Assembly (NCBI GenBank): GCA_023229425.1
Contig: JALNZG010000006.1
Span: 117,130-181,129, forward strand
Reading direction: 5' to 3'
Length of the DNA stretch: 64,000 bases
Origin: Ignavibacteriaceae bacterium
Lineage (GTDB): Bacteria; Bacteroidota; Ignavibacteria; Ignavibacteriales; Ignavibacteriaceae
Shown here: positions 1-10,235 of the stretch, in pieces
Numbering within the stretch: the first letter of the stretch is position 1
Layout: each line of letters starts with the position of its first letter
Notes under the pieces: generated by a model
What the model was told of the DNA's origin: nothing
What the model saw: the letters and a program-made list of their open reading frames with translations, nothing else
Database searches by the model: none
Made by a program: the position numbers and the translations under genes

Positions 1-1
1 A

Positions 2-469
2 TTTCAATTAGAAAACGGTGAACGTGGAGTTTATCATTACGTTCACACTTTTGGTTCTTCAATGGTTATTCCAATTTCTTCCAATGGAAAAATTTTGATG
101 GTGAATCAATATCGCTATTTAAATGAACGCGAAAGTATTGAGTTTCCGTGCGGTGGAATGAAAGAAGGAATTTCGTACAAAGCCAATGCTATAAAAGAAC
201 TTCGCGAAGAAACAGGATATTCTGCTAAAACGATTCTAGAAATAGGAGAATTTGCACCATTTACAGGAGCTGCAGATGAGATATCAAAAGTCTTTCTCGC
301 AAAAAATTTATTCCTTTCTCCACTTCCGAAAGATGCAACGGAAGAATTTGAATTACTTGAAAAAACTCCAAAAGAAATTGAAGAACTGATCAATAAAAAT
401 ATTATTTGGGATGGACTAACATTGGCGGCTTGGGCGCTGGTAAGGAGACATTTTCAAAATGAATTATAA
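2..469 (+). CDS. NUDIX hydrolase (ADP-ribose pyrophosphatase-like), 5' end outside window
   Basis: Nudix box GGMKEGISYKANAIKELREETGY; frame is open back to position 2. Confidence 0.85.
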   Translation, partial: FQLENGERGVYHYVHTFGSSMVIPISSNGKILMVNQYRYLNERESIEFPCGGMKEGISYKANAIKELREETGYSAKTILEIGEFAPFTGAADEISKVFLAKNLFLSPLPKDATEEFELLEKTPKEIEELINKNIIWDGLTLAAWALVRRHFQNEL

Positions 470-1700
470 ATTTGTTCTCATCGCACTTTTTCTTCTGCAA
501 ACTATTTACTGCCAAACGAATAAAATCAATATTGCAACGGGAGCCGATCTGCTTCTTTCTGAAAATATTGATTTAGTTGAAGGAAGAAACATTGCAATCG
601 TTACAAACCACACTGCTGTTTTATCAAACGGAACACATCTTATAGATGCACTTTATTCATCAGAATTTAGAATCAAAATTGTTGCGTTGTTTGGACCAGA
701 GCACGGAATACGCGGGCAGGTGCAAGCGGGAGAAAAAATTGAAAATCTTATTGATGAGAAGACTCAAGTTCCAATATATTCTCTCTACGGAAAAGATAAA
801 AAACCAACTAAAGAAATGTTGAAAGGTGTCGATGTTTTACTCTTCGATATGCAGGATGTCGGAGCTCGTTTTTACACATATATTTCTACTCTTTATTATG
901 CGTTGCAAGCGGCGGCTGAAAATAATATTCCGATTGTCGTATTAGACAGACCAAATCCAATCAGCGGTAATTATGTTGATGGACCTATTCGACAAGATTC
1001 TTTAAGTTCGTTTGTAGGAATTGCTCCAATACCCATTGCTCATGGAATGACTTTTGGCGAATTGGCAAATTATTTTAACGATGAAAATCTTTTGGGAAAT
1101 AATTTGCACGCGACACTTGAGGTCTTGAAGATGAAAAACTGGAAGAGGAATTATTTCTTCGACGATCTGAATCTTCCATGGATAAAACCATCTCCAAACA
1201 TTACGGATTTGCAAACTGCAATTCTTTATCCCGGAACTTGTCTTATTGAAGGAACAAATGTATCTGAAGGAAGAGGAACCACTCAACCGTTTTTAACTAT
1301 CGGAGCGCCGTTTATAAAAGCAAAGAAATTGGTTGATGCGTTGCATAAGTTCAAATTTATAGGGTTAACATTCACTGAAACTTCATTTACACCTAAAGAT
1401 GCACCAAATGTTTCCGTAAATCCCAAGCATAAGGGAAAATTATGCCGTGGTATTACAATAAAAGTAATTGACAAAAGAAAAGTTGAATCTATTAAGTTTG
1501 GAATTGCTTTACTTTCCGTTTTACATAAACAATACCCAACAGAATTTTCGTTTAAAGATAAAACTTTCGATCTCCTTTCCGGCGATTCAAAAATAAGAGA
1601 GCAGATTTTAAAAAATATTTCTCCGGATAAGATTTTCAAATCTTATCAAGAAAAACTGAACAACTTCAAAGAAAAAAGAAAAAAATATTTACTTTATTAA
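459..1700 (+). CDS. DUF1343 family exo-beta-N-acetylmuramidase (NamZ-like), secreted
   Basis: Signal peptide; motifs LFGPEHGIRG, FDMQDVGARFYTY, LDRPNP, HGMTFGELA, NVSEGRGT. Confidence 0.9.
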   Translation: MNYKFVLIALFLLQTIYCQTNKINIATGADLLLSENIDLVEGRNIAIVTNHTAVLSNGTHLIDALYSSEFRIKIVALFGPEHGIRGQVQAGEKIENLIDEKTQVPIYSLYGKDKKPTKEMLKGVDVLLFDMQDVGARFYTYISTLYYALQAAAENNIPIVVLDRPNPISGNYVDGPIRQDSLSSFVGIAPIPIAHGMTFGELANYFNDENLLGNNLHATLEVLKMKNWKRNYFFDDLNLPWIKPSPNITDLQTAILYPGTCLIEGTNVSEGRGTTQPFLTIGAPFIKAKKLVDALHKFKFIGLTFTETSFTPKDAPNVSVNPKHKGKLCRGITIKVIDKRKVESIKFGIALLSVLHKQYPTEFSFKDKTFDLLSGDSKIREQILKNISPDKIFKSYQEKLNNFKEKRKKYLLY

Positions 1701-1709
1701 AGGATAAAA

Positions 1710-2756
1710 ATGAAAAAACTACTTGTGCTAACTTTACTTCTCCTTCCCTTTCTTGTCGGATGTAATAAAACTGAAGAGCCGAAAAAAGAAGAAAACAAAT
1801 TCTCTACCGCATTTGATTCTTCGGATATCAAAACTGTTCCGATTTCCGACGGCGCTTTTTCTTCCGTTGATTTAAAATATTCACTTAAAAAAGGTTCTGA
1901 ATACAACTACCGTTTAACCAGCATTACCAACGATGATCAGTCGATTTTGGCTGACACTTCCGTCTCTCAAAAAATTAAACAAGCCCTTACTTATTTATTA
2001 AAACTTGCGGTAAAAGACGTTGACAAAGACGGTGTAATGGAAATTGAATTTACTTTTTCTTCAGTTAAACTTGATGCTTCGGGAAATGGAAAAACTTTCT
2101 CTTATCAATCAGGCAATAAATTAACGGCTGATGAAAAATTAAGATATGCCGACTATGAGGCGATCATCAATAATCCCTTCACGGCAAGAGTTGCGCCGAA
2201 AGGTGAAATTCTCGAATTTTTTAGAACCGATAGAATTGCGACTAAAATTTTGGAATTAAAAGGTTTAAAAGATTCCGTTTCTTTGGAAGAAAAGAAAATG
2301 CTGCAGGAACAAATCTCGGAAGGAGCCTTGCGCCCACTGCTTACGCAGGTCTTTAGAAAATTGCCGGATCAACAAGTGAAAAAAGATTCTGTCTGGTCGC
2401 TTACAAATCCACCGGCACAACTTCCGTTTTTTGAGATGTCTAACACTATAAAATTCAAAATAATCGGTTTTGAAAAATATAACGAAAGCAACCTGGCTGT
2501 TATTGATGCGGGATTATCTTCGCAATACAAAATTTCGGAGAGAGCAAAACAGGCAAAAGTAACGGTGAAATCTCCGTCATACACCGGTGAAGGAAAAATT
2601 TATTTTAACTTGTCGAAAGGATTAGTCGAAAGATCAAAGACTAATTTGTATCTGACTATTGAGATGAGTATGCAAGCCCCTTCGAGAACCGGCGGAATGC
2701 AGAAAGTAACCCAAAGACAATACACGAAGACTACTAACATTTTAGAACTTTTGTAA
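1710..2756 (+). CDS. Lipoprotein of unknown function (DUF6263-like)
   Basis: Lipobox FLVGC; 348-aa ORF with AAGGA RBS. Confidence 0.65.
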   Translation: MKKLLVLTLLLLPFLVGCNKTEEPKKEENKFSTAFDSSDIKTVPISDGAFSSVDLKYSLKKGSEYNYRLTSITNDDQSILADTSVSQKIKQALTYLLKLAVKDVDKDGVMEIEFTFSSVKLDASGNGKTFSYQSGNKLTADEKLRYADYEAIINNPFTARVAPKGEILEFFRTDRIATKILELKGLKDSVSLEEKKMLQEQISEGALRPLLTQVFRKLPDQQVKKDSVWSLTNPPAQLPFFEMSNTIKFKIIGFEKYNESNLAVIDAGLSSQYKISERAKQAKVTVKSPSYTGEGKIYFNLSKGLVERSKTNLYLTIEMSMQAPSRTGGMQKVTQRQYTKTTNILELL

Positions 2757-2783
2757 TTAACAAAGTTTCAAACATAGAAAACA

Positions 2784-2810
2784 AAAGCCTAAGTTGTACG
2801 CTTAGGCTTT
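2784..2810. terminator. Bidirectional intrinsic terminator
   Basis: Perfect stem AAAGCCTAAG-ttgtacg-CTTAGGCTTT between convergent genes. Confidence 0.8.
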
Positions 2811-2835
2811 CTTGTTATTCAACTTCCGCGGCTTT

Positions 2836-4938
2836 TTATTTTAATCCCCTCTTGTCCAATAATGCATCAATCTTTGGTTCTCTTCCTCTAAACTGTTTGT
2901 ATAGAACCATAGGATCATCGCTTCCGGCTTTCTCTAAAAGATTTCTGAATGCCTTGGCAGTAGTTTTATTAAATACATCATTTTTTTCTTTGAATGCAGC
3001 AAAGGCATCCGCATCTAAAACCGCTGCCCAAACATATCCATAATACCCGGCGGCATAGCCGTCATCTGCAAAAATGTGCTGGAAATTTGTACTCTGATAG
3101 CGCGATTCAATTTCATGAATCAATCCATGTTTAGATAATGATTCCTTTTCAAATTTAGGAACATCCCGTTCATTTGTATCTGAAATGGTATGCCAATCCA
3201 TATCAAGAAGTGATGCCGCTAAATATTCAACGGTTTCAAATCCTTGATTGAACTGTCCGGCATTAACAATTTTTTTGATCAGTTCTTCCGGTATTGGTTT
3301 TCCCGTTTTATAATGCTTTGCATACATTTTTAAGACTACCGGATCAGACGCCCAATTCTCCATTACCTGAGACGGCAATTCAACAAAGTCAACCGGAACT
3401 CTTTTACCGGATGGATAAATTGAAGTTGCGATCAAATAATGAAGCGCATGACCGAACTCGTGGAATAATGTATTAACGTCATCAAAACTTAATAGCGCAG
3501 GTTTATCTTTAGTAGGTTTTGTAAAATTTCCAACGTTATAAATTACCGGGGAAATATACTTTCCTTCTATATTTGACTGGTTTGTGAATTCACTCATCCA
3601 CGCGCCGCTTCGTTTACTATCTCGCGGGAAATAATCGGTGTATAAAATGCCAAGATGTTTTCCATTTGCTTCCAGCACTTCAAAAACTTTTACATCGGGA
3701 TGATAAACCTGGATATTTTTTTTCTCAACGAATTTTAGTCCGTACAGCTTTGTAGCAACTCCAAACGCTCCGTCAACTATATTTTCAAGTTTAAAATAAG
3801 GACGAAGCATCTCACCGTCGAGAGCATATTTTTCCTTTCTAACTTTTTCAGAATAGTACCACCAATCCCATGACTGTAGCTTAAAATTTCCTTCTTCTTT
3901 GTCAATAATCTTCTGCATGTCGGCAACTTCTAATCCGGCTTTGTGTAAAGCGGGTTTCCATAAATCATTTAAGAATTTGTAAACATTTTCGGGATTCTTA
4001 GACATGTTGATCTCTAATTTAAAATCGGCATAAGTTTTATATCCCAATAAAACAGCTTTCTCAACGCGCAAAGATGCCATTTTTGTTAGAATCTTTTTTG
4101 TGTCTAATTCATTATTACTATTTCCGCGGTTTAAATAAGCTTTAAATAATTTCTCTCTCAGATTTCTTTTTTCAGAATATTGAAGGAAAGGAGTCCAGCT
4201 TGGTCTTTGCAAGGTGAAAACCCATTTGCCTTCGAGTTCTTTTCCTTTAGCGGTTTCGGCTGCGCCTTGAATTACTCCTTCGGGTAAACCGGCGAGGTCT
4301 TCTTTATTATCTATCACTAACCCAACGGCATTGGTTTCTTTCAAAATGTTTTCCGCAAACTTTACACCGAGAAGAGAGAGTTCTTCATTTATCTTTTTAA
4401 ATCTTTCTTTATCTACTTTATTAAGATTAGCTCCACCACGGACAAAATCCTTAAAATAGTTTTCAAGCACAACTTTTTGTTCTGTAGTAAGATTGAGTTT
4501 CTCTTTTTCTAGATAGATACTCTTTACCCGGTCGAAGAATTTTTCATTCAGATAAATCTCATCAAAATGTTTAGATATCATTGGTGCAGTTTTTTGAGCA
4601 ATTGCTTGAATCTCAGCATTGGTGTTCGCACCGTTTAAGGCATTAAAGACGTTATTAACCTTTGTGAAAAGCTTTCCGCTTTTTTCAAACGCTTCAACAG
4701 TGTTTTTGAAAGTCGGTTTTTCTGTGTTGTTAATTATTTCTTCAACCTCAGCCAACTGACGTTTCATCCCTTCATCATAAGCGGGCATGAAATGTTCATT
4801 TTTGATCTCGTTGAAAGGAGGTGTTCCGAATGGAGTTTTCCATTCTTGGAAAAAAGGATTGTTCATTTTATTTTTATCCGATTGCATAGTAAATGCGCAG
4901 AGTATTGTAAATAGGAAAACACTTAAAATTATTTTCAT
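2836..4938 (-). CDS. dcp: M3 family metallopeptidase (peptidyl-dipeptidase Dcp-like)
   Basis: HEFGHALH zinc motif, DFVELPSQVMENW, GYAAGYYGYVWA, NPFF...TPFGTPPF N-terminus. Confidence 0.88.
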   Translation of the reverse strand: MKIILSVFLFTILCAFTMQSDKNKMNNPFFQEWKTPFGTPPFNEIKNEHFMPAYDEGMKRQLAEVEEIINNTEKPTFKNTVEAFEKSGKLFTKVNNVFNALNGANTNAEIQAIAQKTAPMISKHFDEIYLNEKFFDRVKSIYLEKEKLNLTTEQKVVLENYFKDFVRGGANLNKVDKERFKKINEELSLLGVKFAENILKETNAVGLVIDNKEDLAGLPEGVIQGAAETAKGKELEGKWVFTLQRPSWTPFLQYSEKRNLREKLFKAYLNRGNSNNELDTKKILTKMASLRVEKAVLLGYKTYADFKLEINMSKNPENVYKFLNDLWKPALHKAGLEVADMQKIIDKEEGNFKLQSWDWWYYSEKVRKEKYALDGEMLRPYFKLENIVDGAFGVATKLYGLKFVEKKNIQVYHPDVKVFEVLEANGKHLGILYTDYFPRDSKRSGAWMSEFTNQSNIEGKYISPVIYNVGNFTKPTKDKPALLSFDDVNTLFHEFGHALHYLIATSIYPSGKRVPVDFVELPSQVMENWASDPVVLKMYAKHYKTGKPIPEELIKKIVNAGQFNQGFETVEYLAASLLDMDWHTISDTNERDVPKFEKESLSKHGLIHEIESRYQSTNFQHIFADDGYAAGYYGYVWAAVLDADAFAAFKEKNDVFNKTTAKAFRNLLEKAGSDDPMVLYKQFRGREPKIDALLDKRGLK

Positions 4939-5096
4939 TTGAAAACTCCTTGAATATTAGCATGTATGATGTAAAAGATGAAAACTTTTGTTTATATAGT
5001 TTGCAAAAATATTGTGCGAAAAACCGTGAGAATATTTTCTTGAGTTCCGGCTCTATCATGTTATGATTTTATGAACCGGATAAGCTAAATCTTATT

Positions 5097-6416
5097 TTAA
5101 ACTTTCTGAACGATAATTCTCATTCCCTCAACTTTAATAACTTTTATTTGTGACCCTCTTTCTATAAAATCTCCGGCGGTAACTACATCGTAACGTTCAC
5201 CCTTTATTATTGCAGTTCCGGCGGGACGAAGCGTGGTAAAGGCTTCACCCGTTTCACCTAAAAGATTATAATAAGATGGATGAGAGATAAAACCATCATG
5301 CGCAGCGTTCTCGTTTGATAAAATCAATCTATTAAATGTAGTGGTCTTGGGAAGATATTTCACCAACAAGAACATAATCACGACTGAAGAAAAAACGGCT
5401 GTTCCAAGTTGAATGATTGCGGTGAAAAGGATGTTCGAATCAAAATAAAATTCTGCATTAAAAAGTGAAAAGAATATCGAGCCGATAACCAATAATATTC
5501 CGGCTATACCAGTAACTCCAAAGCCGGGGATGACAAATATTTCTACGATCAATAAAATTATTCCGATAACAAATAATAAAATTTGAAATATTGAAGCGAT
5601 CTGTAAGATGAATGACGAACCGAAAAAGAGAGCCAATGCAATAAGTGAGACAGTCCCGGCAAAACCCCAGCCGGGTGTTTTAATTTCGGTGTAAAGACCG
5701 ACCAATCCGATCATGATCAGTAAAGAAGAGACAATAGGATTATTAAGGAAGCTGACGAATTCTTCAGCCCAATTTGCTTTTGCTTCAATAATAACGGCGT
5801 TATGAATATCAAAAGCGGCTAACACTTTTGAAATGTTTTCAACTGTGGTATCGGAGATTTGATATTTTAATGCCTCTGCTGAGGTTAAAGTTACTAGCGT
5901 AGTGCTGTCGTCAACACCGAGAATTACAACCCGTTCATCAACCATCGCTTCGGCTATATCTGTTCTTCTTCCGTTTTTTTCTGCGGTGGAACGCATTTCC
6001 GAACGCATATATGATTGATATTTCTCCGATTGCTTCTGTCCCGTTTGATCAACAACCGTAGTTGCGCCGATTGAACTTCCGGGAGCCATAGCAATTTTTT
6101 TACATGACAGAGTTATTAATGCACCGGCAGAAATTGCACGGTTTTTTACAAAGGCGATTGTTAAAACTTTGCTTTCCAGAATTGCGTCTTTTATTTGTGT
6201 AGCTGCATCAACTCTACCGCCAAATGTGTTTATCTCAAAAACGATCGCTTGCGCGTTTTGAGATTCCGCATCGGAAATTACTCTTCTTACAAAAGGAGCT
6301 AATCCCAGATCAATCTCCCCTTCAATTTTTGCATGAAAAACTTTTTGCGCGCTTGTGAATGCAGATAACGTTACAAAGAGTAAACAAAAGGCATATAATA
6401 ATTTTTTCATTTTCAA
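5097..6416 (-). CDS. nfeD: NfeD family membrane-bound serine protease (long form)
   Basis: INTFGGRVD, AISAGALI, transmembrane region, C-terminal OB fold TTLRPAG...DVVTAGDFI. Confidence 0.88.
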   Translation of the reverse strand: MKMKKLLYAFCLLFVTLSAFTSAQKVFHAKIEGEIDLGLAPFVRRVISDAESQNAQAIVFEINTFGGRVDAATQIKDAILESKVLTIAFVKNRAISAGALITLSCKKIAMAPGSSIGATTVVDQTGQKQSEKYQSYMRSEMRSTAEKNGRRTDIAEAMVDERVVILGVDDSTTLVTLTSAEALKYQISDTTVENISKVLAAFDIHNAVIIEAKANWAEEFVSFLNNPIVSSLLIMIGLVGLYTEIKTPGWGFAGTVSLIALALFFGSSFILQIASIFQILLFVIGIILLIVEIFVIPGFGVTGIAGILLVIGSIFFSLFNAEFYFDSNILFTAIIQLGTAVFSSVVIMFLLVKYLPKTTTFNRLILSNENAAHDGFISHPSYYNLLGETGEAFTTLRPAGTAIIKGERYDVVTAGDFIERGSQIKVIKVEGMRIIVQKV

Positions 6417-6712
6417 CCTGACTAAAATTCAATGTTATTTTCATTGGAAATATACAAAGAGTTCCTGAAAAAAATTTAGTGCCCCTGACAAGCATGGCGT
6501 GCTTTGTGTCTTGAAGGCAAAGTCATCTCGCCACAAAGTCACGAAAAAACGAAGGGCAGCAACAGAAGAAAAAAATATTTTTGGCTGCCAGGAGATTGTA
6601 GAATCTCATTTTCATTATATTTAGCCGTAAGAATATTTTTTATAGAAATTTAATAAACAAAGATTGTGTTAATAAAAAAGGTACTAAGGTTAAAACCAAT
6701 TAAGATAAAATT

Positions 6713-7732
6713 ATGGAAGAACAAAAAAACATATCCGAAATAATATTATATCAAACTGAAGACGGTAGAACAAAAATAGAAGTACTTCTTGAGAATGATA
6801 CTGTTTGGTTAACACAGCAGCTAATGGCTGAACTATTACATACAACCAAACAAAATATTAGTCTTCATATCGGCAATGTCTTTAAGGAAGGAGAATTGCC
6901 GGAAGATTCAGTTGTCAAGGAATGCTTGACAACTGCAAAAGACGGGAAAAAATATCCAACAAAACAATATAATCTTGATGTGATTATTTCTGTTGGCTAC
7001 CGCGTAAAATCTATTCAAGGAACGAAATTTCGTATATGGGCAACACAACGGCTTAAGGAATACTTAATCAAGGGTTTCACTTTAGATGATGAAAGATTAA
7101 AAGCCGGTGGTTTTCGTAACAAATATTTTGACGAATTATTTGAACGTATTCGGGATATCCGCACTTCCGAAAAAAACTTTTACTATAAGGTGAGGGATAT
7201 TTATTCTCTTTCGGCAGATTATGATCCGAATGTAGAATTAACTCAAAATTTCTTTGCTACGGTACAAAATAAATTTCATTGGGCAATTCACCACCATACT
7301 GCGGCTGAACTTATTGCGCAAAGAGTTGATGCAGCAAAACCCTTTATGGGATTAACGGCGTGGAGCGGCTCTAAAATCCGAAAGCATGATGTAACTGTAG
7401 CTAAAAATTATCTCTCTCTTGATGAACTAAAACAATTGAACTTATTGGTAGAGCAATTCCTTGCATTTGCGGAATCTCAGACCCAGCAGCGAAAAGTTAT
7501 GTACATGAAAGACTGGATTAAAAAACTTAACGACATTCTGATTATTAATGAAAGAGAGATTCTTGAAAGCCCAGGCAGAATTAGTAAACAAAAAGCAGAA
7601 GATATCGCATCAGCGGAATTTGAAAAGTACAAACAAATTGAAGCCGAGACAGAGATAAAGCAACTTAAAGAACTTGAGAAAGAAGTAAAAGAAATAACTC
7701 CCTCTGTAAAGAATAAAAAGAAGAATAAATAA
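6713..7732 (+). CDS. Virulence RhuM family DNA-binding protein
   Basis: YQTEDGRTKIEV, VWLTQQLMAEL, YNLDVIISVGYRVKS, FRIWATQRLKEYLIKGF, IRDIRTSEK. Confidence 0.9.
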   Translation: MEEQKNISEIILYQTEDGRTKIEVLLENDTVWLTQQLMAELLHTTKQNISLHIGNVFKEGELPEDSVVKECLTTAKDGKKYPTKQYNLDVIISVGYRVKSIQGTKFRIWATQRLKEYLIKGFTLDDERLKAGGFRNKYFDELFERIRDIRTSEKNFYYKVRDIYSLSADYDPNVELTQNFFATVQNKFHWAIHHHTAAELIAQRVDAAKPFMGLTAWSGSKIRKHDVTVAKNYLSLDELKQLNLLVEQFLAFAESQTQQRKVMYMKDWIKKLNDILIINEREILESPGRISKQKAEDIASAEFEKYKQIEAETEIKQLKELEKEVKEITPSVKNKKKNK

Positions 7733-7733
7733 A

Positions 7734-7827
7734 AATGAGGGGAATTATCATTTCGTTGACGTCAACAAAATGATAAAACAGCTCAAAAATGCAATTAGCG
7801 CTGTTCTACAATCTGTAGAGACATGAC
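7734..7827 (+). pseudogene. Possible remnant of a DinD/BRO-like gene
   Basis: Frame reads NEGNYHFVDVNKMIKQ; HFVDVNKM resembles a DinD-family motif; no start codon or full ORF. Confidence 0.35.
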
Positions 7828-8084
7828 ATGCTTGGGGAAAAAACAAAGCGAGATTAACTTTTAGCGTGATTGTTGGCAATGCTCATTATTTATTTTTTTC
7901 TTGGGAAGAATGAAAAATAGTTTTAGTTTTATTGCACTAATTAAACAAAGAAAAAGAAGTATGGAAAAAGTTACTTGGATGGATGTTTAAGAAATAGTAC
8001 GGAACATGTAAAAAAACTTTACATTGTTGATTTGAGCGGCGGTCTACAAATAATGCTGTCAGGTCTCTACCAAAAAGGTTCAAT

Positions 8085-9071
8085 ATGAATTTAAATACTC
8101 TTCTCGGAAAACGAAATGTCATCCTAATTATTTTTGCGATTTTGCTAACCATCGTATTAGCTTTTATCCACAATCTATCGACTAGTTATAGCAATAAATA
8201 TGATACTTCGTTATTGCCAAAAGACGAAAAAATTGAAAAAATATTTAAGAGTAAACCGGATACCTTAAAAGGAACTGATATCTATTATTATAAGAATGCC
8301 ATTAGTTCATTTGAATACGCTTGTGAAAATAAATCATTAAGTGAGCTTGAGGATGCAAAAAATGCTTTAACTGGGTTGTTGGATAAATTTCCAAATTCAA
8401 ACTATTTAGCTGATGCCAAGATAAAACTCAAAGAATTAATACTCTTAAAAAACAGAATTCAAAAACGCAATTCAATTAGCGAACAAATTAATGCTTATAA
8501 TAATTTGTATCAGTTTAATAATTCATTAAAACTACTTTCCAAATCCAAACAATTCTTTGACGATAGCGAATATGACGAATTAAGAAATGATATTACAAAA
8601 CAAAAACGCAATTCAATTAGCGAACAGATTAATGCTTATAATAATTTGTATCAGTTTAATAATTCATTAAAACTACTTTCCAAATCCAAACAATTCTTTG
8701 ACGATAGCGAATATGACGAATTAAGAAATGATATTATAAAACAAAGGGATAAACCTATACAAGTTAGTATAAGAGAATTAATATCTCAGTCGAGTAAATA
8801 TGATGGTAAAATAGTGGAGGTTAACGAATTGCGCGCAATAAGCAATGATATTCAAAGTAAGTTCTTTCTGACTTATAAATCAACCGGAAGTGGAAGGTTG
8901 GATTATGATACCGACTTAAGGATATTGATTTGTTATGCTAAGGCTACTAATCGGGATCAATTGATTTATTTAACTGGCGATAATTATCCTGAAATGACAG
9001 TGACCGGAAAGTTTGTTAATTTATCTCTTTTTGGTAGTAGTTACATTGATGCGAAGGAAATAAAATATTAA
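8085..9071 (+). CDS. Hypothetical membrane-anchored protein with internal 47-aa tandem duplication
   Basis: N-terminal TM helix; KFPNSNY TPR-like segment; duplicated QKRNSISEQ...LRNDI. Confidence 0.7.
   Translation: MNLNTLLGKRNVILIIFAILLTIVLAFIHNLSTSYSNKYDTSLLPKDEKIEKIFKSKPDTLKGTDIYYYKNAISSFEYACENKSLSELEDAKNALTGLLDKFPNSNYLADAKIKLKELILLKNRIQKRNSISEQINAYNNLYQFNNSLKLLSKSKQFFDDSEYDELRNDITKQKRNSISEQINAYNNLYQFNNSLKLLSKSKQFFDDSEYDELRNDIIKQRDKPIQVSIRELISQSSKYDGKIVEVNELRAISNDIQSKFFLTYKSTGSGRLDYDTDLRILICYAKATNRDQLIYLTGDNYPEMTVTGKFVNLSLFGSSYIDAKEIKY
8460..8741 (+). repeat. 141-bp tandem duplication, 2 copies
   Basis: 8460-8600 and 8601-8741 differ at two positions by my reading (CAA/CAG, ACA/ATA). Confidence 0.95.
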
Positions 9072-9289
9072 TGCCCTAATCTGCGCAGCAATAAAAACCG
9101 CTTATTCGATAGAGTCGGTTTAAGTATTTCAAGTTTTGTTTATAAAATTTATTCGATCTTTAAAGTAGGTAAGACTTAATAAAATATTAAAAAATCATTA
9201 GCATTTGTTTCCAAATATCCAATGTTTTTCATGGTTTCAAAATAGACGTATACAGTAATGTGTTTTTATAAAAAAATGGAGTCCATCTA

Positions 9290-10039
9290 ATGAATCGAAA
9301 GAAATTTATTGAATCGCAAGGGGCAACATGTCTAAACTGGACTTGGAGCTGGTCATTTATCAATAAAAAAGATAAAGTCATTATTTTTGGCGCTTGGGAT
9401 AAAGAGACAAATGGTAATACGACTGTTATTTTAGATAAAAAATGGGAGTATAATCCAATTGGACGAAAAAATAAAGCATACACACAGTCTCTTGAACACA
9501 TACGGTTAATTGAAGAAAAAGGTTATTCGCTCAAGACATTCAAAATTATTTATTCAGACGAGAAAAAGGATGTCAATAATAATGGACCAGCCGTTATCAA
9601 AGATTTTATCCCAGAATTAAATACTATGACATTAATAAAAAAGGGCACAAAGTGGTATGCTTTAAATGACCGAATTAGTTACTTTTTACCAGAAGAAGTT
9701 GAAAACCCCACTCAATATTTCGAAGGTGCTTGCAGAAAGGTAACTGTTAATACTTATGAACGTAATTTTGAAGCTAGGAAAAAGTGCATCTCACATTATG
9801 GTTTGAAATGTATTGTATGTTCATTTGACTTCCAGAAAGTTTATGGAAGCCTTGGGGATGGTTATATACATGTTCATCATCTTAAACCTTTATCTGAGAT
9901 TGGAAAAGAATATAAATTAGACCCAATAAAAGATTTAAGACCAGTATGCCCAAACTGCCATGCAATGATTCATAGAAGGCAATCTGATTTGAGCATTGAC
10001 GATTTAAAATCTCACTTGAAAAAAACAAAAAACACATAA
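9290..10039 (+). CDS. HNH endonuclease (McrA-like C-terminus)
   Basis: EG...YERN..AR..C, CIVCSFDF, IHVHHLKPLS, DLRPVCPNCHAMIH. Confidence 0.9.
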   Translation: MNRKKFIESQGATCLNWTWSWSFINKKDKVIIFGAWDKETNGNTTVILDKKWEYNPIGRKNKAYTQSLEHIRLIEEKGYSLKTFKIIYSDEKKDVNNNGPAVIKDFIPELNTMTLIKKGTKWYALNDRISYFLPEEVENPTQYFEGACRKVTVNTYERNFEARKKCISHYGLKCIVCSFDFQKVYGSLGDGYIHVHHLKPLSEIGKEYKLDPIKDLRPVCPNCHAMIHRRQSDLSIDDLKSHLKKTKNT

Positions 10040-10235
10040 CTCGACACGAATAATGTTTTTCGCAAGGTTATAAAATACCTTGTGTAACTGTTTTTTTTAT
10101 AGTGAAAAAGTATTGTGTTATTTCGCCATACATCCACGGATGTTCGCACGACCTCTGCCAAATTTCCTTATTCCTCCGTGCAGTTTCACCAAGTCTCTAT
10201 AATATTGTCATGTGACTTTTTCTGGGGTACTTAAT

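Noticed and set aside
9072..10130. Integron attC sites around the HNH gene (ACATAAC at its stop) and GTTAGAT at 30842
   Set aside because: No convincing complementary R'/R'' and L boxes; no integron integrase
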